From a virus, in the IMG/VR virus record IMGVR_UViG_3300045988_096863: DNA of 38,282 nt. The stretch is one strand, 5' to 3'. Shown piece after piece: positions 23,551 through 29,216 of the stretch; the first letter of the stretch is position 1, and each line of letters starts with the position of its first letter. The notes below the pieces were generated by a model that made no database searches, was not told the origin of the DNA, and saw only the letters and a list, made by a program, of their open reading frames with translations. A program made the position numbers and the translations under genes.

Positions 23551-24212
23551 TATTTTTCTCCCTTAGCGAAATTGATCGCTTTCCAGTAGTCTTCATTGCT
23601 AATCGACTGCTTCTTTATTTTGTCTGCCAATCGGTTTTTAATCACGCCACGGTTGTCGGAATTCATAACTACTGTATATCCGTCAAATCCTGTTTCCGTG
23701 CGGCTAACCAACTTAGCGTAGCCGGCTACCGAGTTGAAAGCCTTGGCATTCATAGCTGGTTGCTCCTTGCCATCTTCGGTAACTAACGACCAGAGAGTGA
23801 ACAACACGTCGCCTTTATAATGGATAGCCCACGTACTGAACTTAGACAGTAGCGTTTGGAGCTTTCCATAAGCCGCTCTGCCGTCTGTGTTGTTTCCAAC
23901 CTTGCCGGATTGAATTGCCTCAACTAAAGTCGTTTCTAATGCTGATATGTTGTCGAAAACAACTAAATCATAATTCTTAGCCATATCATCAATTTCAGCG
24001 ATAAATCTATCGGCGTTATTATAGTCTGATAATTCCGGCTCAACTACCGTAACCTCGCTTTCATGGCCAACCAGCGTACTGTATGAACTGTCAAAACTGA
24101 TAACAAGTTTCTTGCCTTTGTGATTTAAAGCCAGATGTGTTTTCCCACTTCCCACTTGGCCGAGTACAACAAATAAATTTGCACTGTCTGTGAAGTTAAC
24201 TATTTTTTTCAT
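23550..24212 (-). CDS. Sak4-like RecA-fold ATPase (AAA_24-type recombination protein)
   Basis: Walker A GQVGSGKT and Walker B LVVFDNISALE. 220 aa, near the exonuclease and SSB-like genes. Confidence 0.65.
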   Translation of the reverse strand: MKKIVNFTDSANLFVVLGQVGSGKTHLALNHKGKKLVISFDSSYSTLVGHESEVTVVEPELSDYNNADRFIAEIDDMAKNYDLVVFDNISALETTLVEAIQSGKVGNNTDGRAAYGKLQTLLSKFSTWAIHYKGDVLFTLWSLVTEDGKEQPAMNAKAFNSVAGYAKLVSRTETGFDGYTVVMNSDNRGVIKNRLADKIKKQSISNEDYWKAINFAKGEK

Positions 24213-24244
24213 ATCAAAATTTCCTCCTTATTTGCTATGTGATA

Positions 24245-24273
24245 ATTATAATCCTAATACTTATAATTGTAAA
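24245..24273 (-). promoter_or_regulatory. Early-type promoter P2: TTTACA-17-TATAAT
   Basis: Minus strand reads TTTACAATTATAAGTATTAGGATTATAAT. It overlaps the 3' end of the decayed HNH gene. Confidence 0.65.
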
Positions 24274-25065
24274 GTATGAAGTTTACGTTTAATAGCATAA
24301 TCAGCCTTGCCATCGTCGTTCACGAACCAATAGCCGCCAGTTTGTTTCATTCTTCCTTCAATAACCTTGTTAATGTTTCCATGGCTAACTCCTAACACTC
24401 TACTAGCTTCACGTTGTGAATTAAACCGTGAAACTTCTGACGTGATCAAATTGACCACAAATACTCCTCCTCTAAAAGGCATACCGTCTACAATACCTTT
24501 TAGCTTATCATTGTCGGTTTCAATGCCATTGTCATCATCTTCTTTAAACCAATAGCCACCGGTTTGCTTGATTTTACCTTTAATAACCATGTTAATGCTT
24601 CCTGTGCTAGCTCCAAGTACTCGACCAGCTTCAGCTTTTGAGCGAAAATGTAAGACTTCCATCGTAGTTAGGTTAACTGCAAAAACGGGTTGTCTTTGTG
24701 ATGCTCCATATTTTTGCCTGTATTGCTGATTATATGAAGCTGTACAAAACTCAAGGTTTTCAACATTGTTGTTTGTTCTATTACAATCCTTATGATTAAC
24801 CATTGGAAGATTATCCGGATTAGGGATAAATGTTTCTGCAACAAGTCGATGCACTCTTTTGGTAATCCGTTTTCCATCAATTGGAATGTTTACTTGCATA
24901 TAGCCATTGGTGCTGTTGGATTGATTTAAAACGTGTCCTTTTTTTTGAATATGTTCCGGTTTTTCTTGATCCCAATTTGTCTAGTGTCCGAACCCTACCA
25001 AAAATTGAAACTTCTATTTCTTTGTATTCTGGATGTTTCCGCCAAATTTCTTCTTCATTTGTCAT
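24261..25065 (-). pseudogene. NUMOD4/HNH_3 homing endonuclease with two C-terminal DNA-binding repeats, frame broken at an A8 run (24939..24946)
   Basis: The 62-aa ORF carries the NUMOD4 part (EEIWRKHPEYKEIEVSIFGRVRTLDK). The 212-aa ORF carries HRLVAETFIPNPDNLPMVNHKDCNRTNNNVENLEF. Removing one A gives ...TYSKKGHVLNQSNSTNGYMQVNIPIDGK, which is collinear with the paralogues. Confidence 0.85.
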
Positions 25066-25110
25066 AACAATTCCTCCAATTTTTTTAATTCATTTATTCA
25101 ATGTGTGATA

Positions 25111-25140
25111 ATTATAACACTAATTGTTGTGATTGCACAA
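25111..25140 (-). promoter_or_regulatory. Early-type promoter P1 with extended -10 (TGTTATAAT)
   Basis: Minus strand reads TTGTGCAATCACAACAATTAGTGTTATAATTATCACAC. The -35 element is weak. Confidence 0.55.
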
Positions 25141-25325
25141 TCGTTTTCGTAATAATAAATATATTTTTCCAACACGTTTTCTAACACAAAATTAAAATTA
25201 GTTGTATTATACAAACATTAGTCTATATAGTATATATAAACAACAACTTTTATTTATTTATTATGTTTGTTAGAAAGTTAGAGAATTATCCGTGTTTTTT
25301 TGTAAATAAATTTTATATATACAGC

Positions 25326-25386
25326 AAAAAACTCTAACATTCTTACAACCCTTGGGAGAGTAGGGTTATAAGTGTTAGAGTTTTTT
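25326..25386 (-). terminator. Strong bidirectional-looking terminator hairpin inside region B
   Basis: AAAAAACTCTAACA and TGTTAGAGTTTTTT form perfect 14-nt arms. They enclose a second stem, CTTATAACCC/GGGTTGTAAG. U-runs flank the hairpin on both strands. Confidence 0.75.
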
Positions 25387-25454
25387 TAGATTTTCTAACT
25401 TTCTAACAAACTTTGGAGGAAATTTGTTATGTCCGTACCAATAATATACCACGA

Positions 25455-26195
25455 TTATAGGTTTACTGCAAGCAAATCTGGAACAACAATATCAACCGGC
25501 TGGCTGTGCATTTTTTTAATTGACCAATCGGATAGATCGTTTTTAAATACCGGCTCAGTATTACCAGATTCAATATCTTCAATCCTGCTTACCTCGGCTT
25601 GTAGTGATTCAATCATATCTTGGCTATATTTCACATTTGCCACATCGTACACGCGATAATTCAAGCTTGTTTTATCAATGGCTACAATATAATAGTGCTC
25701 ACGATCAGCCATGTTTAAATAAATCAGCGCTTGCGTTAGATAGTGCGTGCTGTAAATCCAATCGTCATACCCATTAGGGCCCCATACTTTGTCGAAATTT
25801 TTAACGGTAACGAATTTATAATCTAGGATCGCATCATCACTGATTAAATCGAAACGTCCTTCAAACACCCCGTTATCTGCGTTCTGCTCGGTTTTAAACC
25901 CACCATGGATAATTGAACTGCGTATGTGCTTGGCTAGCGCTATCGAGTTGCTAAGTGTCTTAAACGCGACCTTAACGCCTGCTTCTTCAATTCCACGACG
26001 GTAAACTGATTTTTGTTCGTTTTCGTCAAGTTCAGGTTCTTCTCCGGCCAATTCAGCATGAGCTATCTTTCCATAGACCAAAGCATCATTTGGCTTGGTG
26101 TCGTAAGCTGTGGGATCGTGTAGAACATAATGTGCATAGGCGCGTGCTTCGTTGTCTAAATATCTTGAAATTCTCGTAAAACTGTATGATGTCAT
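25455..26195 (-). CDS. PD-(D/E)XK (RecB/Cas4-like) exonuclease
   Basis: Motifs YGKIAHA, GRFDLISDDAILDYKF and YLTQALIY. Confidence 0.7.
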   Translation of the reverse strand: MTSYSFTRISRYLDNEARAYAHYVLHDPTAYDTKPNDALVYGKIAHAELAGEEPELDENEQKSVYRRGIEEAGVKVAFKTLSNSIALAKHIRSSIIHGGFKTEQNADNGVFEGRFDLISDDAILDYKFVTVKNFDKVWGPNGYDDWIYSTHYLTQALIYLNMADREHYYIVAIDKTSLNYRVYDVANVKYSQDMIESLQAEVSRIEDIESGNTEPVFKNDLSDWSIKKMHSQPVDIVVPDLLAVNL

Positions 26196-26197
26196 AA

Positions 26198-26599
26198 TTA
26201 ATAACCTTTCTGTGACCAGATCAGGTTGTCAGCCCGATCATCAGTTATATCTCCATTGACATGCTCGACACATCGATAATTATATGGATTAGGTACGAAC
26301 AATCTCGCAACCAAAGTGGACAACTGGTATGGATCACCTTTTATACTAACCATTGACCGTCCATCTTTTAGCACTGTTTTAGTTAGCACTCGTTGTTTAA
26401 TTACACGTTTGACACCACGTGCATCGGTCACTTCACGTTCAAGGCTAATTGCTTGGCCTTCAGAAGTTACCGCATAACCAGCGATCCATGGCAATTTTTT
26501 GATTTCACCAACCGGTGTGACATGCATCTCGATTTTATCTAACAACATACTGTCGCTAATTTTTCCACGCATTTTTAACAATTCAACCACATCATTCAT
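26198..26599 (-). CDS. Divergent HNH-type endonuclease
   Basis: VARLFVPNPYNYRCVEHVNGDITDDRADNLIW resembles the HNH_3 core. ATG 26599 follows GAAAGGTGATCGCC. Confidence 0.5.
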   Translation of the reverse strand: MNDVVELLKMRGKISDSMLLDKIEMHVTPVGEIKKLPWIAGYAVTSEGQAISLEREVTDARGVKRVIKQRVLTKTVLKDGRSMVSIKGDPYQLSTLVARLFVPNPYNYRCVEHVNGDITDDRADNLIWSQKGY

Positions 26600-26684
26600 G
26601 GCGATCACCTTTCTTAAAAGCATAAACAATAATGCCACCTAACACTAACCCGATCAATAAACTTGGAATATCAATAACTAACAT
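26592..26684 (-). CDS. Small hydrophobic peptide (30 aa), first ORF of the early operon
   Basis: MLVIDIPSLLIGLVLGGIIVYAFKKGDRHE. AAAGGGTGATTTAT precedes the ATG, and the stop overlaps the next ATG. Confidence 0.4.
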   Translation of the reverse strand: MLVIDIPSLLIGLVLGGIIVYAFKKGDRHE

Positions 26685-26757
26685 ATAAATCACCCTTTCA
26701 TTTCTATGCTTATTATATTATCACCAATCTAGTCAAACTACAATAGTTTTTTGAAAT

Positions 26758-26825
26758 AAAAAAACACCGCCAAATGAATGACGATGTGAAGGTTAGCGAG
26801 GTATGAAAGGTAGTTCCCTCGGTGT
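26758..26825 (-). ncRNA. Short leader/sRNA-like hairpin with U-run, downstream of promoter 26831..26839
   Basis: The 3' strand CGGTGT followed by TTTTTTT can pair with either ACACCG (26820..26825) or ACATCG further downstream. Confidence 0.35.
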
Positions 26826-26830
26826 CGTTA

Positions 26831-26839
26831 ATTATACCA
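26831..26839 (-). promoter_or_regulatory. Extended -10 promoter (TGGTATAAT) at the start of the early region
   Basis: Minus strand reads TTTCATGGTATAATTAACG, the same CATGGTATAAT as at 8071..8079. Confidence 0.55.
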
Positions 26840-26899
26840 TGAAATCAGATAAATAAAAAGCCACTCCGCTAAGAATGACTTAATCGCGCCCGTGTGGTA

Positions 26900-26931
26900 G
26901 TTCAGCCAACCATCGTTGGCGCTTGCTGAAC
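26900..26931 (-). terminator. Hairpin 20 nt after the endolysin stop (possible late-operon terminator or stabiliser; no clear U-run)
   Basis: Outer stem GTTCAGC...GCTGAAC with inner stem CCAAC/GTTGG. Confidence 0.35.
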
Positions 26932-26950
26932 TCTTTAATAACTAATTATA

Positions 26951-28186
26951 TTACTTAAACGATCCTAACGCAATCCCGTTTTCACGAACAGCTACATAAT
27001 GCCATGCACCGCCAGTTGACTGATAAGCTGCATAGATATAATTACCGTTGCGGATATATCCTTGATATTGAACACTCTCACCACGGTAGTAATTAACGCC
27101 CGTATATGACGTTCCTGGGCGATTCCAGACACGTAATGTCGTGTTAGCGGTAAATGTACCAGATTCACGTTTAACGCCACTAGGTAGCTTCGTATGGTTT
27201 GCTACTGGCTTAGTTTGTAGAATTTCAACGTTTGATTTCGAAATCCAACTGTTGATACCAGATAACAATACTTTTTTACCACTGACTTTGGCAACCGTAT
27301 ACGTTTGACCCTTTACCCAGCTTGGAATCTGCTCGCCTGTCGACCAGTGAACTGCCGAAAAGTTAACCTTGACCTTATCCCCAGCTTTAATTTCATGCTT
27401 AGGTGTATCTTGAGCAATTTTACCAACATCAATAGCCGGGGTGTTAGTGTGCGGATTATCGTTCTTAGTATATCCGTTATCAGTAATTCCAGTAAGATCA
27501 ATATTGCCATCAAGACCACCAGCAATATACGTGCTAGTAAATTGGAACAGTGCTACATTTTCCCATGATGGGAAGTAGTTGTAGTTCGGCTTAGGCGTGA
27601 CATTGTAGTCCGGATATTCTCCAAGCCATAGTTTGTAAGTGCTCGAAATCTGGCTCAAATAAATATGGGCATTGAAATAGTTCAGGTAGCCGTACAACAT
27701 AGGTGTATATTCATAATCACTAACTTGTTTTAGCGCAGCTTTGATTGCATCCGTGTTAGCTTGTTTTTCAGCTGGTGTACTGACGTATTGATAGCCGTTC
27801 CATTGACTAGCCGTTGCACCGTCCTCATAATCAATAGCCACAATCGATCCTTTTGGCGTTTGAACTTTAGGTAACATGTAATCAAGCATAGCCTTTGCTT
27901 GCGTTTTGCTTGAACCAAATTCTCCCCATAGGTACGTATGTGCACGTTTACCAGCAGCAATTGCTGAAGCCACTTGTGTTTTGTAAGTCCATTGGTCGTA
28001 TAGTTTGCCGTGAATCGTACCACCAGCTTGCGAGATAACAAACTTATCTGACGGGTAGGCAAACTTACCGTTAGCCCCTTGATAAACCGCCCAGTCAACG
28101 CCTTGATCGCCTTTCGAAGCCATTGCAGTTAATGGCATTAGGAACAGTGCTAACGATGCTACTAACAGTAATAACTTCTTTTTCAT
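26951..28186 (-). CDS. Endolysin: GH25 muramidase with cleavable Sec signal peptide and C-terminal SH3-like wall-binding repeats
   Basis: MKKKLLLLVASLALFLMPLTAMA|SKGDQGVDWAVYQG has n-h-c regions and an AxA site. The GH25-type N-terminus follows. The SH3b-like segments are KAGDKVKVNF...KGQTYTVAKV and LRVWNRPGTSY.... Confidence 0.8.
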   Translation of the reverse strand: MKKKLLLLVASLALFLMPLTAMASKGDQGVDWAVYQGANGKFAYPSDKFVISQAGGTIHGKLYDQWTYKTQVASAIAAGKRAHTYLWGEFGSSKTQAKAMLDYMLPKVQTPKGSIVAIDYEDGATASQWNGYQYVSTPAEKQANTDAIKAALKQVSDYEYTPMLYGYLNYFNAHIYLSQISSTYKLWLGEYPDYNVTPKPNYNYFPSWENVALFQFTSTYIAGGLDGNIDLTGITDNGYTKNDNPHTNTPAIDVGKIAQDTPKHEIKAGDKVKVNFSAVHWSTGEQIPSWVKGQTYTVAKVSGKKVLLSGINSWISKSNVEILQTKPVANHTKLPSGVKRESGTFTANTTLRVWNRPGTSYTGVNYYRGESVQYQGYIRNGNYIYAAYQSTGGAWHYVAVRENGIALGSFK

Positions 28187-28187
28187 G

Positions 28188-28646
28188 CTATTCCTCCGTT
28201 GCTGGTTTAGCTAAAGATCCTGATGCAATTGCTTCTGCCACAATCGACTGTGCAGTGGCCGCCACCGACTGTGCATCAGTGCTTTTTGGTGTATCATCAG
28301 TTGCTTGCGGATAAGTTTTGTATAACTCATCTTGTAAATCGGAGAATGCTTTTTCAACAGCATTCTTAACAGTCATTTCATCGGCATTCGTAAATCCTAA
28401 TGAATTTAATCCATTAATTACATACTGAACTGCTTTTGACTTTTTAGCTTCACCAGATAAATATTTATTAACGCCCAACTGTGCTGCAGCCGTGACAGCC
28501 GCTTCGGCCAATGGTGTCAATGCGTTTAACAACGATAAAGCTTTTTTGTTATTAGCTAACACTTTACCGATCCATGCGAACACAATCGGAATTAGTGCCG
28601 TAGAAATTGCCACGATCAACTCTGAAATATTATTCATGTTTCTCAT
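28188..28646 (-). CDS. Holin (LL-H-like, one N-terminal TM)
   Basis: N-terminal TM segment LIVAISTALIPIVFAWIG and a long hydrophilic tail. It lies directly upstream of the endolysin. Confidence 0.6.
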   Translation of the reverse strand: MRNMNNISELIVAISTALIPIVFAWIGKVLANNKKALSLLNALTPLAEAAVTAAAQLGVNKYLSGEAKKSKAVQYVINGLNSLGFTNADEMTVKNAVEKAFSDLQDELYKTYPQATDDTPKSTDAQSVAATAQSIVAEAIASGSLAKPATEE

Positions 28647-28809
28647 CCTGCTTTCTTAATTCATCGTTCTGTTTCTTCAAATCTTCAATTGCCCGCTTCA
28701 AATCTTCTTCGTTGTGATCGGGACGCTTCGTACCGTAGAATGCGGTAAGAAAAGCTACTGCAATCGATCCAGCCGTTGTGATTAATGCGGTAATAACAGC
28801 GTCACTCAA
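28630..28809 (-). CDS. Small membrane protein (59 aa, TTG start): N-terminal TM plus charged coiled-coil tail; possible lysis accessory
   Basis: (M)SDAVITALITTAGSIAVAFLTAFYGTKRPDHNEEDLKRAIEDLKKQNDELRKQDEKHE. GAGGGG lies 9 nt upstream. The ORF overlaps the holin start. Confidence 0.45.
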   Translation of the reverse strand: MSDAVITALITTAGSIAVAFLTAFYGTKRPDHNEEDLKRAIEDLKKQNDELRKQDEKHE

Positions 28810-28814
28810 TTATG

Positions 28815-29195
28815 TCAGCCCCTCACCACGATTTCGTTAATAATTGATGCCAACACGAATGCAGCATACATACTTTCAAATCCGACAACGATCCCTTGCT
28901 CCCAATCCCACAGCATAAATACTATGAAGAATAATAACCATACAAACGTCAATAGCCCCGTCATGATTGATTTGTAGGCTAAATTATTTATATTCCATAG
29001 TGCATAAACAATCGTAAATGTTCCAACGATCCCCAATAAAAATATAAATGGTGGATCATCGAAATACATTAATAACGATGGTCTTGGCGGATAAAACGAA
29101 ATTGTATTTTGCCTGATAATAAATAATACACCAATTCCATACGTTTCTAACGCTTTCCAAAGCCAAAATCGGTTGTGCTTTAAATTATTTATCAA
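28815..29195 (-). CDS. Integral membrane protein (about 4 TM), function unknown
   Basis: 126 aa, with a TTG start after AGGAGTG. It lies between the receptor-binding protein and the lysis genes. Confidence 0.55.
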   Translation of the reverse strand: MINNLKHNRFWLWKALETYGIGVLFIIRQNTISFYPPRPSLLMYFDDPPFIFLLGIVGTFTIVYALWNINNLAYKSIMTGLLTFVWLLFFIVFMLWDWEQGIVVGFESMYAAFVLASIINEIVVRG

Positions 29196-29216
29196 TAAAA
29201 ATCACTCCTGTCATAG

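Larger units (their letters stand above)
25066..25454 (-). promoter_or_regulatory. Control region B: paralogue of region A (10340..10733)
   Basis: The same ordered set of octamer blocks as region A, and nearly the same length (389 vs 394 nt). Confidence 0.8.

Noticed and set aside
25429-25659. Plus-strand ORF with a strong-looking RBS (TTTGGAGGAAATTTGTTATG)
   Set aside because: The ORF runs antisense through the 3' end of the PD-(D/E)XK exonuclease gene. No plus-strand promoter lies between it and the bidirectional hairpin at 25326..25386. The GGAGG is better explained as part of conserved control region B.
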